Source: a virus
Taxonomy: Duplodnaviria; Heunggongvirae; Uroviricota; Caudoviricetes
Reading direction: 5' to 3' (one strand)
IMG/VR virus record: IMGVR_UViG_2778261392_000003
Length of the DNA stretch: 26,096 bases
Under the pieces are notes generated by a model that had not been told where the DNA came from, searched no databases, and saw nothing but the letters and a program-made list of their open reading frames with translations. This document shows, piece after piece, positions 1 to 9,397 of this stretch. Position 1 is the first letter of the stretch. Every line of letters begins with the position of its first letter. A program made the position numbers and the translations under genes.

Positions 1-1032
1 TCAAAAACTTGCTATTGATGTTGGTAGTGTTGCCAGCGGATTAAACCGTAATGCAGTTTCCAGGTGATCCGGTGCCAGATGTGCGTAACGCATAGTCATT
101 TTTATATCGTGATGCCCGAGAATTTTTTGTAAGGCCAGGATATTTCCACCCGACATCATGAAGTGCGCCGCAAACGTATGGCGCAGAACGTGTGTCAGTT
201 GACCGCGAGGGAGCACGATAGACGTTTTTTCCATCACGGATAAAAATTGAAAATAGCAGTCTGTGAAGAAATTGAACCCATCAAGCGCCATGATCTCTTC
301 GTAAAGCTCTTTACTGATAGGGATGCTTCTGTTTTTCTTCCCCTTCGTTCTTACAAAGGTAATTCGGTATTTGGTCACCTGTGAGCGGGTAAGATTTACG
401 GCTTCACGCCAGCGTGCGCCTGTGCTTAAGCATATCTTAACTACCAGTGCCAGAATTGGGTCCTGACGTTTGCAATCAGCCAGCAATTCAACAATCTGCT
501 CATGGGTAAGCCATGCCATCTCTTTTTCTGCGATGGTGAATTTTCGCATGTTCTCCAGTGGGTTCGGATACGACCATTCGCCCAGACGGGATAGTTCGCT
601 AAAAACACTACTTAGATAGCTTTGCTCCAGGTTAATGGTGACCGGGCTTGCTCCTTTCTTCCATTTCTCGCTGAAGTAGATCTCGCCTGTCAGGCGTTTA
701 TCTCGATAGTGGGCAAACATTTTAGAGGTGAGATCGGTTGCAAGAGGATTGCCCAGAGCGTCAACCATCAACAGCAATTTGTCATAAACATGCTGCCCAG
801 CTGTCAGAGATTTACCATGTAGTTTGAACCATAGCTCAACCACGTCTTTCAGTGTTCGACGATCCACGGATTCACCCAGCCAGGGCTTTGCTTCGGTTTC
901 TTCCATCGTGTGACGCTCAAAAGCCAGTGCTTCGCCTTTGGTGGCGAATTGTTTACGTACACGACGCCCACTACGTCCGGCGGGGTAACATTCGCAAAGC
1001 CATTTTCCTGTGGTGAGTTTTCGTACTGCCAT
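1..1032 (-). CDS. int: Tyrosine integrase, P2/186 family (complete; stop codon at window positions 1-3)
   Basis: 343 aa ORF; C-terminal catalytic region with HVLRHTFAAH...RYAHL typical of tyrosine recombinases; located at prophage end next to the repressor operon as in P2/186. Confidence 0.9.
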   Translation of the reverse strand: MAVRKLTTGKWLCECYPAGRSGRRVRKQFATKGEALAFERHTMEETEAKPWLGESVDRRTLKDVVELWFKLHGKSLTAGQHVYDKLLLMVDALGNPLATDLTSKMFAHYRDKRLTGEIYFSEKWKKGASPVTINLEQSYLSSVFSELSRLGEWSYPNPLENMRKFTIAEKEMAWLTHEQIVELLADCKRQDPILALVVKICLSTGARWREAVNLTRSQVTKYRITFVRTKGKKNRSIPISKELYEEIMALDGFNFFTDCYFQFLSVMEKTSIVLPRGQLTHVLRHTFAAHFMMSGGNILALQKILGHHDIKMTMRYAHLAPDHLETALRFNPLATLPTSIASF

Positions 1033-1112
1033 AAAAAATGCCCTCCAGTGGAGAACATTTTTACTGTATGTATAACCAGTGTCAATGTATGAAATCAGTC
1101 AATAATACATCT

Positions 1113-2444
1113 TTAGTTCAACATTAAAGCTTCAATGGTGGACGAAACAAGTGTTCGGGGAGGCACTGCGTCTAAGCCGTTTTGAAAGAAATCATAGGTA
1201 GCACGTTCAGTCCATTTTCTTCTGGTTTCATCATCTTTTATAAAGAATGGAGATGTTGTATCAATATAGTCCAGTACGATCCCATAAATAGCACATTCAG
1301 TATTATCTATCCTATAAATATCTTCATCGTAACTTAAATATTCAAAGCCTAAGGTTTTGATAATGCTTTCTGCATCCACAGAATTATCTAGATAACTTAA
1401 TGCCAAAGGGCGATTTAAAGAGTATAATATTACCCCTAACATTCGATATAATGAATAACCAAATACTTTCCCTGGACCAATTCCAGATTGAGATAGCACC
1501 TGATATATTTCAAAGTGGCGTGATAATGTTTCTACTTCACGTAAAGACAACTTAGCCCTTTGTATTATCGTTTTTATGATATGCCCGCATGATTCGTCTA
1601 CTTCTTGCAGTTTTTGAGAATCATTTTTTAATATTCCCCATAAAGCAACAGATGCGTATGCAGGTGTATAGTTATCTGGTTTATATGTATCTGGCAATAC
1701 AAATGTAAACTTAATGAATTTGTCTAAATACTGATCTGCATTTATGGATAAACCATACAGATGCCTTATTGATGCCTTGAGTTGTTGAGTCTTTGCAACC
1801 AATACAAAATTTAAATTTTTTATTTCAAAAATGTGTTTGATATTTTCTATGATTGAAAGAGCGAATGTAGGTTTACATCTGTCCAGTTCGTCTATAAAAA
1901 TCGTTATTTTATATTCCTCCGTAAGATGCGATATTGTACTTCTCAGTGTCTCGATGTTTTTCTGCGCCTCTATATGATCGTCTAATAATGTTTCAATTGT
2001 ACTGTCAATTGCACTCGAAGTTGCTTCTTTGATAGCATCTTCGAAGCCATCAACAATGTCATCTGCATTTTGTTTTAACACCCATCCAGTGCCTGCTTTG
2101 AAAATGGTTTTCAAACCAAAACGTATTGCTGGAAGTGTTTTATTTATTAACTCCTTTCGTTCATTTTTGGGAAGAAGTGCAGCAACACCAGCCATTAACG
2201 TCAAAATTGGGGCATCATTATGATCTTCAGCGAAAGCATCAATGTAAACTACTTTATGTTTTTGATTATTGCTTTCAATTAGATTTGCAACTTTTTTGCA
2301 AAACTCTGTTTTCCCCGTGCCCCATCCGCCATCTATAACCAGTGGAGATAAGTTAATATCAGAGTCAAGTAGCGATATTAATTTTTCAGCAATAGGCTTA
2401 CGAAGGAACTCGTCACGATAATCAAACGTATATTCAATAGGCAT
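1113..2444 (-). CDS. KAP-family P-loop NTPase (accessory cargo, candidate defence protein)
   Basis: 443 aa; Walker A GGWGTGKT near N-terminus; Walker B with KAP-typical hhhhDELDRC (IFIDELDRC); ATG at 2444 preceded by GGAG RBS; AT-rich by eye compared with phage core; only 31 bp downstream of the repressor stop, same strand. Confidence 0.7.
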   Translation of the reverse strand: MPIEYTFDYRDEFLRKPIAEKLISLLDSDINLSPLVIDGGWGTGKTEFCKKVANLIESNNQKHKVVYIDAFAEDHNDAPILTLMAGVAALLPKNERKELINKTLPAIRFGLKTIFKAGTGWVLKQNADDIVDGFEDAIKEATSSAIDSTIETLLDDHIEAQKNIETLRSTISHLTEEYKITIFIDELDRCKPTFALSIIENIKHIFEIKNLNFVLVAKTQQLKASIRHLYGLSINADQYLDKFIKFTFVLPDTYKPDNYTPAYASVALWGILKNDSQKLQEVDESCGHIIKTIIQRAKLSLREVETLSRHFEIYQVLSQSGIGPGKVFGYSLYRMLGVILYSLNRPLALSYLDNSVDAESIIKTLGFEYLSYDEDIYRIDNTECAIYGIVLDYIDTTSPFFIKDDETRRKWTERATYDFFQNGLDAVPPRTLVSSTIEALMLN

Positions 2445-2475
2445 TTAGAACTCCAGTTATTTAATATATTGTGTG

Positions 2476-3051
2476 TTAAAATTTTTCTGCTCTTCTTAGT
2501 ATGCAACACCACACAATTCCAACAATCTGTATTTCGTCTCTAGAACACTCAAAACCACGATTTCCTCCTTCAACATATAATCTGTTATTAGGTAAGCGGG
2601 TCAGGGTTCGGACCGAAATTTTTTCGTCGATACCTATTAGCCACAATCCATCGCTTATATCATCATATTCAAAACTACATATATATTCGTTATCCAGATC
2701 TTCAATGATGAATGGGTTACATATTTTTTCAGGTAAGAATGTTTTATCAAAAACATATGCCCCATCTTCAATTAGTGTTCCAGAAATTAATTTTTTCTTT
2801 GGTACTAAAATTTGCGCATTTGTATTTGAAATATTTTTATCACCTATACCGAATGACAACCATTCTAGTGAATAACCAGTTTCGATAGCACATTGCAAAA
2901 CCCAATCTGCAGGGAAGATGTCTCGCATGTAACGTGTAGCCATAGTGCTCTTGGATACTCCCAAGTGATCGCAAAGAGCCTGTCTAGTAGAGAACCCATA
3001 CGCCTCAACTAGACGTTCAATGACTTTCTTACCACCGCTGCTGAAATCCAT
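2476..3051 (-). CDS. cI: Phage immunity repressor, 186 CI-like (N-terminal HTH plus C-terminal domain)
   Basis: 191 aa, same size class as phage 186 CI; N-terminal HTH-like segment (TRQALCDHLGVSKSTMATRYMR); ATG at 3051 with GGAGGA RBS; divergent from the early lytic operon. Confidence 0.7.
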   Translation of the reverse strand: MDFSSGGKKVIERLVEAYGFSTRQALCDHLGVSKSTMATRYMRDIFPADWVLQCAIETGYSLEWLSFGIGDKNISNTNAQILVPKKKLISGTLIEDGAYVFDKTFLPEKICNPFIIEDLDNEYICSFEYDDISDGLWLIGIDEKISVRTLTRLPNNRLYVEGGNRGFECSRDEIQIVGIVWCCILRRAEKF

Positions 3052-3077
3052 AAGTCCTCCAAAGAAATCTAAAACCG

Positions 3078-3106
3078 TTGACAGATTCCAAAAGCGATCT
3101 TAAAGT
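3078..3106 (+). promoter_or_regulatory. Candidate early lytic promoter (pR-like): -35 TTGACA (3078-3083), 17-bp spacer, -10 TAAAGT (3101-3106)
   Basis: Sigma70-like hexamers read directly in the cI/apl intergenic region, oriented toward the early operon. Not experimentally defined; operators not resolved. Confidence 0.3.
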
Positions 3107-3195
3107 TGAACCAGAAGTGTTCTTTTGGAGCCTTCACAACTAATCACGACAAACTACGGCTCGCCACAAGCCATACTGATAAGGAATGTTGCCTT

Positions 3196-3399
3196 ATGAC
3201 ACCTAACATTTCAATTACTCTGAATACACCCCATGTCACGATCGAACGTTATAGCGAACTGACAGGCCTTTCTATTGATACGATTAACGACATGTTGGCT
3301 GATGGCCGACTACCTCGTCATCGTCTTCGTAAAGACAAAAAACGTGAAAAGGTAATGATTAACCTGGCTGCTCTGACTGTTGATGCTTTGTCTGCTTAA
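3196..3399 (+). CDS. Apl/Cox-like small DNA-binding regulator/excisionase (start uncertain)
   Basis: First gene of early operon; 67 aa from ATG 3196 with AAGGA upstream; the longer 3106 start offered by the ORF track is a TTG lying inside the putative promoter; position equals apl in 186 / cox in P2. Confidence 0.5.
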   Translation: MTPNISITLNTPHVTIERYSELTGLSIDTINDMLADGRLPRHRLRKDKKREKVMINLAALTVDALSA

Positions 3400-3462
3400 T
3401 AGATGTCTATTTCGCATTAAGACACTGAGTTCGATTTTGCGATAAGTTCGGAGTTGAAAACC

Positions 3463-3972
3463 ATGTTTGATTACCAAGTTTCCAAACATCCACATTTTGA
3501 CGAAGCCTGTCGTGCATTCGCGTTGCGCCACAACTTGGTGCAACTGGCAGAACGTGCAGGCATGAATGTGCAGATTCTGCGGAACAAGCTGAATCCAGCT
3601 CAACCTCATTTATTAACCGCACCAGAAATCTGGCTGCTTACCGATCTGACTGAAGATTCAACGCTGGTAGATGGTTTTCTGGCTCAGATTCACTGCCTGC
3701 CATGCGTACCGATTAATGAGGTGGCAAAAGAGAAACTGCCGCATTACGTCATGAGTGCAACCGCAGAGATCGGGCGTGTTGCTGCAGGTGCGGTATCTGG
3801 CGATGTAAAAACCAGTGCAGGTCGTCGTGATGCTATCAGCAGCATTAACTCTGTAACACGACTGATGGCGCTGGCTGCTGTTTCATTGCAGGCCCGTTTA
3901 CAGGCTAATCCTGCGATGGCGAGTGCAGTTGATACCGTGACTGGCCTCGGTGCTTCATTCGGTTTGCTGTGA
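3463..3972 (+). CDS. cII: Phage regulatory protein CII-like (186 CII family)
   Basis: 169 aa from ATG 3463 (GGAG RBS at 3450-3453), same length class as 186 CII; position immediately after apl-like gene. Confidence 0.65.
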   Translation: MFDYQVSKHPHFDEACRAFALRHNLVQLAERAGMNVQILRNKLNPAQPHLLTAPEIWLLTDLTEDSTLVDGFLAQIHCLPCVPINEVAKEKLPHYVMSATAEIGRVAAGAVSGDVKTSAGRRDAISSINSVTRLMALAAVSLQARLQANPAMASAVDTVTGLGASFGLL

Positions 3973-3979
3973 GGTGCTT

Positions 3980-4180
3980 ATGCTGACGAAAGAACCATCA
4001 TTTGCATCGCTGCTGGTAAAACAAAGCCCGGCAATGCACTACGGTCACGGCTGGATCATGGGTGAGGATGGAAAACGCTGGCATCCGTGCCGTTCACAAG
4101 ATGAATTGCTGGCGGAACTATCAACGAATAAACGGGGGAACAAATGGCTATTGAAAGCGCTGCGGCGACTGTTCCATTAA
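3980..4180 (+). CDS. Small early-operon protein, function unknown
   Basis: ATG 3980 located 8 nt after cII stop with GAGG upstream; 66 aa; conserved position in P2-like early operons. Confidence 0.5.
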   Translation: MLTKEPSFASLLVKQSPAMHYGHGWIMGEDGKRWHPCRSQDELLAELSTNKRGNKWLLKALRRLFH

Positions 4181-4485
4181 GCCCCGGTGAACGCCTGAAT
4201 GGACTTAATCACATTGCGGAGTTAAGGGCGAAAGTATTTGGCCTGAATATTGAGTCAGAGCTTGAGCGGTTTATTAAAGATATGCGTGATCCACGGGATA
4301 TCAATAACGAACAAAATAAACGGGCACTGGCTGCTATATTCTTTATGGCAAAAATTCCAGCTGAACGTCATAGCATCAGCATTAATGAGCTGACCACTGA
4401 CGAAAAGCGGGAGTTGATTAAAGCAATGAATCATTTTCGTGCAGTGGTGAGCTTATTTCCCAGACGGCTAACCATGCCGAATTAA
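4144..4485 (+). CDS. Early-operon hypothetical protein
   Basis: 113 aa ORF, ATG 4144 with GGGGGAA RBS; overlaps preceding gene 3' end in a different frame (coupled). Confidence 0.55.
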   Translation: MAIESAAATVPLSPGERLNGLNHIAELRAKVFGLNIESELERFIKDMRDPRDINNEQNKRALAAIFFMAKIPAERHSISINELTTDEKRELIKAMNHFRAVVSLFPRRLTMPN

Positions 4486-4552
4486 CCAACTAATGAAATT
4501 AATGGCGTAAACCCGCCGGGTATCCCTTTATCTAAATTCAGGAGAATTGATT

Positions 4553-4786
4553 ATGCGTAATATTGAAACCCTCACGACTAAAACCGGACCGGATGATGCA
4601 GGGCTTAATATTTTACTGACAGAGGCTCGTCTGGAAGAACGCCGGGCAAGGGCTGAAGCAATGGCAGCTCGCCTTGATAGCCTGGCGTGTCATATCACAT
4701 CCCGCCAGCTAAACCACGTCGAAGCGGCAGAACTGCTGCGTGTGACTGCTGAAGCAATCCAGAACGAAGCGCAGGAGATCCACTAA
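4553..4786 (+). CDS. Small early-operon protein, function unknown
   Basis: ATG 4553 with GGAG 8 nt upstream; 77 aa; stop overlaps next start (TAATG). Confidence 0.5.
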   Translation: MRNIETLTTKTGPDDAGLNILLTEARLEERRARAEAMAARLDSLACHITSRQLNHVEAAELLRVTAEAIQNEAQEIH

Positions 4787-5013
4787 TGGCTGATGCAATG
4801 GATCTCGTACAGCAGCGCGTTGAAGAAGAACGCCAGCGCCATATCCGTGCTGCCCGTGCCAAAACGCCGGGCATGTCCCGCGTGCTTTGCATTGAGTGTG
4901 AAGCGCCAATTCCGCCAGCACGCCGTCGTGCCATTCTGGGTGTGCAGCTTTGCATTACCTGTCAGGAAATCGCAGAGCTGAAAGGCAAACATTACAACGG
5001 AGGTGCTGTATGA
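4786..5013 (+). CDS. TraR/DksA-family C4 zinc-finger protein
   Basis: 75 aa with CxxC...CxxC (CIECEAP...CITCQ) arrangement; ATGA overlap with downstream dam start. Confidence 0.7.
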   Translation: MADAMDLVQQRVEEERQRHIRAARAKTPGMSRVLCIECEAPIPPARRRAILGVQLCITCQEIAELKGKHYNGGAV

Positions 5014-5867
5014 GCACCATCCTGAAATGGGCGGGAAATAAAACCGCCATTATGTCCGAACTGAAAAAACACCTTCCTGCTGGCCCGCGACTGGTTGAAC
5101 CTTTCGCGGGTTCCTGTGCTGTGATGATGGCGACGGATTACCCCAGCTATCTGGTTGCTGATATTAATCCTGATTTAATCAACCTCTATAAAAAGATTGC
5201 CGCTGATTGTGAATCGTTTATATCTCGTGCCAGAGCTTTATTTGAGGAAGCAAACAGGGAGGTGGCTTATTACAACATAAGGCAGGAGTTTAACTGCTCA
5301 ACTGAAATTACTGACTTCATGAAAGCAGTATATTTCCTGTATCTCAATCGTCACGGTTACCGTGGGTTATGTCGCTATAACAAGAGCGGGCATTTCAACA
5401 TTCCCTACGGTAATTATAAAAATCCGTATTTCCCTGAAAAAGAAATTCGCGTATTTGCAGAGAAAGCCCAGCGAGCAACGTTTATCTGCGCCAGCTTTGA
5501 TGAAACGCTGGCGATGCTGCAGTTGGGGGATGTGGTGTATTGCGATCCGCCTTATGACGGTACGTTTTCCGGCTATCACACTGACGGCTTCACTGAAGAT
5601 GACCAGTATCACCTGGCATCTGTTCTTGAATATCGATCATCAGAAGGTCATCCAGTCATTGTTTCTAACAGTGACACATCCCTGATCCGTTCGCTGTATC
5701 GAAATTTCACTCACCACTACATCAAGGCAAAACGCAGCATCGGCGTGTCGGCTGGCGAGAGTAAATCTGCAACAGAAATCATTGCTGTTTCCGGGGCGCG
5801 CTGCTGGGTGGGATTTGATCCTTCGTGTGGCGTGGATAGTTCTGCTGTGTACGAGGTGCGTGTATGA
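5010..5867 (+). CDS. dam: DNA N6-adenine methyltransferase, Dam family (likely GATC-specific)
   Basis: Motif I-like EPFAGSCAV near N-terminus and catalytic DPPY (CDPPYDG); ATG 5010 with GGAGG RBS; ATGA overlap with A gene start. Confidence 0.85.
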   Translation: MSTILKWAGNKTAIMSELKKHLPAGPRLVEPFAGSCAVMMATDYPSYLVADINPDLINLYKKIAADCESFISRARALFEEANREVAYYNIRQEFNCSTEITDFMKAVYFLYLNRHGYRGLCRYNKSGHFNIPYGNYKNPYFPEKEIRVFAEKAQRATFICASFDETLAMLQLGDVVYCDPPYDGTFSGYHTDGFTEDDQYHLASVLEYRSSEGHPVIVSNSDTSLIRSLYRNFTHHYIKAKRSIGVSAGESKSATEIIAVSGARCWVGFDPSCGVDSSAVYEVRV

Positions 5868-8278
5868 GTCATGACGATATGAGCAACTCTAGCGGCTTTA
5901 ACGAGGCCGCTGCAGCATTTTCATGGAACGGCCCGAAAAAGGCCATTAACCCTTATCTGGACCCGGCGGAAGTTGCGCCGGAGTCTGCACTTTCAAACCT
6001 GATCACTCTGTACGCTGCCGATAATGAGCAGGAACAGCTGCGCCGCGATGCACTGAGTGAGCAGGTCTGGGAGCGTTATTTCTTTAATGAATCTCGTGAT
6101 CCTGTCCAGCGCGAAATGGAGCAGGATAAGCTCATTAGCCGGGCAAAGCTGGCGCATGAACAGCAGCGTTTTAACCCGGACATGGTCATTCTGGCGGACG
6201 TCAGCGCCCAGCCCACCCATATTAGCAAGCCGCTGATGCAACGTATCGAATACTTCAGCAGCCTGGGCAGGCCAAAGGCTTATTCCCGCTATTTGCGTGA
6301 GACGATTAAGCCATGTCTGGAGCGACTGGATTGTGTACGTGACAGTCAGCTGTCTGCTTCTTTCCGTTTTATGGCAAGCCATCAAGGGCTGGAGGGCCTG
6401 CTGATCCTGCCTGAAATGAGTCAGGATCAGGTGAAACGCCTGTCCACCCTGGTAGCTGCGCATATGAGCATGTGCCTTGATGCAGCTTGTGGCGATTTGT
6501 ATGCCACTGATGACGTTAAGCCAGAAGAAATCCGCAAGACATGGGAAAAGGTGGCGGCGGAAACCCTGCGTCTGGATGTCATCCCACCTGCGTTTGAGCA
6601 ACTCCGTCGGAAAAGAAACCGCCGTAAACCCGTGCCCTATGAACTCATTCCGGGTTCGCTGGCGCGTATGTTGTGCGCCGACTGGTGGTATCGGAAATTA
6701 TGGAAAATGCGTTGCGAATGGCGGGAAGAGCAGTTGCGTGCTGTCTGCCTGGTCAGCAAAAAAGCATCTCCCTATGTCAGCTATGAAGCCGTGATGCATA
6801 AACGTGAGCAGCGCCGTAAGTCGCTGGAGTTTTTCCGTTCTCATGAACTGGTGAACGAAGACGGCGAAACGCTGGACATGGAGGATGTGGTAAACGCCAG
6901 CAGCAGCAACCCTGCGCATCGCCGCAATGAGATGATGGCCTGTGTTAAAGGTCTGGAGCTTATCGCGGAAATGCGCGGTGACTGCGCCGTTTTCTACACT
7001 ATCACCTGTCCGTCACGTTTCCATTCCACGCTCAACAACGGCAGACCCAACCCGACCTGGACAAATGCGACGGTAAGACAAAGCAGCGATTATCTGGTCG
7101 GCATGTTTGCTGCATTTCGTAAGGCAATGCACAAAACCGGGTTGCGCTGGTATGGCGTGCGGGTGGCTGAGCCGCACCATGACGGTACTGTGCACTGGCA
7201 TCTCATGTGCTTCATGCGTAAAAAAGACCGCCGCGCCATCACTGCATTACTGCGTAAGTTTGCCATCCGTGTAGACCGCGAGGAGCTGGGCAACAACACG
7301 GGGCCACGCTTTAAGTCTGAGCTGATTAACCCGCGCAAAGGAACACCGACAAGCTACATCGCGAAATACATCAGTAAGAACATTGACGGGCGTGGTCTGG
7401 CTGGCGAGATCAGCAAGGAAACGGGTAAATCCCTGCGTGATAACGCCGAATACGTTAATGCCTGGGCGTCTCTGCATCGTGTTCAGCAGTTCCGCTTCTT
7501 TGGTATTCCGGGACGTCAGGCTTACCGTGAACTTCGCTTGCTGGCAGGTCAGGCGGCAAGGCAACAGGGTGACAAAAAAGCAGGTGCGCCAATACTGGAT
7601 GACCCGCGCCTTGACGCCATCCTGGCTGCTGCTGATGCTGGTTGTTTTGCCACCTACATCATGAAGCAGGGCGGCGTACTGGTTCCCCGTAAATATCACC
7701 TTATCAGAACCGCTTATGAAATCAACGAAGAGCCGACCGCCTATGGCGATCACGGCATTCGTATTTATGGCATCTGGTCACCCATTGCAGAGGGCAAGTT
7801 CTGCACTCACGCAGTGAAGTGGAAAATGGTTCGTAAGGCCGTTGACGTTCAGGAGGCGGTAGCCGACCAGGGCGCTTGCGCCCCTTGGACTCGTGGCAAT
7901 AACTGTCCCCTTGCTGAAAATTTAAACCAACAAGGGAAAGACAAATCAGCTGATGGGGACTCCAGAACGGATATTACCCGTATGAATGACAAGGAGTTGC
8001 ACGATTACCTGCACAGTATGAGCAAAAAAGAGCGCCGGGAACTGGCTGCAAGGTTACGCCAGGTGAAACCGAAACGGCGTAAAGACTACAAACAGCGAAT
8101 TACAGACCATCAGCGACAGCAGCTCGTCTATGAACTGAAGTCCAGGGGATTTGATGGCAGCGAGAAAGAAGTCGATTTGCTCCTTCGCGGCGGCAGTATT
8201 CCGTCAGGAGCAGGCCTGCGTATCTTCTATCGGAACCAGCGTCTGAAGGAAGATGATAAGTGGCGGAACCTGTATTAA
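5864..8278 (+). CDS. A: Replication initiation endonuclease (P2 gpA-like rolling-circle initiator)
   Basis: 804 aa; HWHLMCF metal-binding type motif; size and position as P2 gene A at end of early operon. Confidence 0.85.
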   Translation: MSHDDMSNSSGFNEAAAAFSWNGPKKAINPYLDPAEVAPESALSNLITLYAADNEQEQLRRDALSEQVWERYFFNESRDPVQREMEQDKLISRAKLAHEQQRFNPDMVILADVSAQPTHISKPLMQRIEYFSSLGRPKAYSRYLRETIKPCLERLDCVRDSQLSASFRFMASHQGLEGLLILPEMSQDQVKRLSTLVAAHMSMCLDAACGDLYATDDVKPEEIRKTWEKVAAETLRLDVIPPAFEQLRRKRNRRKPVPYELIPGSLARMLCADWWYRKLWKMRCEWREEQLRAVCLVSKKASPYVSYEAVMHKREQRRKSLEFFRSHELVNEDGETLDMEDVVNASSSNPAHRRNEMMACVKGLELIAEMRGDCAVFYTITCPSRFHSTLNNGRPNPTWTNATVRQSSDYLVGMFAAFRKAMHKTGLRWYGVRVAEPHHDGTVHWHLMCFMRKKDRRAITALLRKFAIRVDREELGNNTGPRFKSELINPRKGTPTSYIAKYISKNIDGRGLAGEISKETGKSLRDNAEYVNAWASLHRVQQFRFFGIPGRQAYRELRLLAGQAARQQGDKKAGAPILDDPRLDAILAAADAGCFATYIMKQGGVLVPRKYHLIRTAYEINEEPTAYGDHGIRIYGIWSPIAEGKFCTHAVKWKMVRKAVDVQEAVADQGACAPWTRGNNCPLAENLNQQGKDKSADGDSRTDITRMNDKELHDYLHSMSKKERRELAARLRQVKPKRRKDYKQRITDHQRQQLVYELKSRGFDGSEKEVDLLLRGGSIPSGAGLRIFYRNQRLKEDDKWRNLY

Positions 8279-8371
8279 TTACGCGGGTTAACAATTCGTG
8301 CTCTTAATAATACCAGGCATATCAGGCCGATGAACGTAAAAAAACGTTTTACATCAGTAAGATTATTATAT

Positions 8372-8387
8372 ACTGTAAATATAAACA
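8372..8387 (+). promoter_or_regulatory. LexA box (SOS operator) CTGTAAATATAAACAG
   Basis: Perfect CTGT-N8-ACAG with AT-rich spacer, about 45 bp upstream of the ATG at 8431 and overlapping AT-rich -10-like hexamers. Confidence 0.55.
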
Positions 8388-8430
8388 GTGGTTATATATA
8401 CAGTATTGTTGTGGTGTCATAGGAGGAAAG

Positions 8431-8619
8431 ATGCAGGACTATTTTTTGGAGTCTTTGAAGCTCCAGCGCATTGATTTTTTTCTTAAGCTTGTAGCGGCTA
8501 GTGAGTGTAGTGATGAAGAGAAGGGGCTGGCTCTGCAGTGGGTTTCTGAATTGACTGATGAACTCATGGCAAAAATCAGAAGCCACGAATACAACCGCTC
8601 AATGGATGTCATCAGCTGA
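8431..8619 (+). CDS. Small protein of SOS-controlled module (possible Tum-like antirepressor component), function unknown
   Basis: 62 aa; ATG 8431 with AGGAGGA RBS; immediately downstream of LexA box; followed 10 nt later by DinI-like gene. Confidence 0.5.
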   Translation: MQDYFLESLKLQRIDFFLKLVAASECSDEEKGLALQWVSELTDELMAKIRSHEYNRSMDVIS

Positions 8620-8629
8620 GGTGACTTTT

Positions 8630-8863
8630 ATGCGCATTGAAATAATGATCGATAAAGAGCAGAAGATTAGCCAGTCTACCCTGGACGCCCTTGAATCCGA
8701 GCTTTACCGCAATCTGCGCCCCCTGTATCCCAAAACGGTAATTCGCATTCGCAAAGGTAGCTCTAACGGTGTGGAACTAACCGGACTGCAACTGGATGAA
8801 GAAAGAAAACAAGTGATGAAAATTATGCAGAAGGTGTGGGAGGACGACAGCTGGCTGCATTAA
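8630..8863 (+). CDS. DinI-family protein
   Basis: 77 aa beginning MRIEIMIDK and ending WEDDSWLH, matching hallmark ends of E. coli DinI (MRIEV...WESADDWF); GAGGTG RBS 6 nt upstream of ATG 8630. Confidence 0.75.
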   Translation: MRIEIMIDKEQKISQSTLDALESELYRNLRPLYPKTVIRIRKGSSNGVELTGLQLDEERKQVMKIMQKVWEDDSWLH

Positions 8864-8871
8864 GAAACGTT

Positions 8872-8901
8872 GCCCCCAGGAGGATTCATTCTGATGGGGG
8901 C
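8872..8901 (+). terminator. Possible hairpin terminator after DinI-like gene (GCCCCCA...TGGGGGC)
   Basis: 7-bp GC-rich inverted repeat with 16-nt loop; weak T-tract, so weak call. Confidence 0.25.
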
Positions 8902-9061
8902 TAGTTTGGGCAATGAGTGAAATAAGGCGTAAGGTGGGCGGTTATTTTGATAAGTGATCGTCCGCTTTGTGTCAGAAGCAGAAGCAGAAGTGGGAGTGTC
9001 TGAGACTCTCTAAAAGTTGATGATTCACTTACAAAACCATTTTCCTGATGGATGCTTACAC

Positions 9062-9397
9062 TTACGAATGATCATTCTGTTTAGTCTTCATGAGAAAATC
9101 CCGAATCTTTGCCAAGTTTGAATTTTCGGGGATTGAATCCATGTACGGATCACGCTCAAACACTAATTGCTCAGATTCAACGAAAGCCTGCCACTCTACT
9201 GGGTCTAGCTCAAATCCCATTGCTGTCATATCACTTTCATCTTCCCCCTCGATCCAGTGGACTAAATAAAACAACTCATCATCAGGAGAATCATCCTCAC
9301 CATCAACAATATCAACATCGGTTACAGTGATACGTAGGGTGGGATCGATTTTTGAGACATAAATTCCTAACTGTGGTATAGGGGGAATATTGTTCAT
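9062..9397 (-). CDS. Highly acidic small protein (111 aa), function unknown; candidate DNA-mimic/anti-defence or regulator
   Basis: ATG at 9397 with perfect AAGGAG RBS; Asp/Glu-rich throughout (e.g. DVDIVDGEDDSPDDE, EGEDESDM); divergent from the ATPase/HNH operon. Confidence 0.6.
   Translation of the reverse strand: MNNIPPIPQLGIYVSKIDPTLRITVTDVDIVDGEDDSPDDELFYLVHWIEGEDESDMTAMGFELDPVEWQAFVESEQLVFERDPYMDSIPENSNLAKIRDFLMKTKQNDHS

Noticed and set aside
1-120. Attachment site / tRNA target next to int
   Set aside because: The window starts exactly at the int stop codon; any attL core or tRNA gene lies outside the window and cannot be assessed.
3106-3195. Longer 97-aa version of the apl-like gene starting at 3106
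   Set aside because: The start codon is a TTG inside the candidate -10 region with no RBS; ATG 3196 with AAGGA upstream is more plausible.
8340-8349. AAAACGTTTT perfect palindrome downstream of gene A
   Set aside because: No loop, so not a terminator; a 10-bp AT-rich palindrome is weak evidence for any binding site.
8973-8990. (CAGAAG)x3 micro-tandem repeat in the intergenic region after the DinI-like gene
   Set aside because: Only three units and no spacer structure; too short for CRISPR or a meaningful VNTR, likely incidental.
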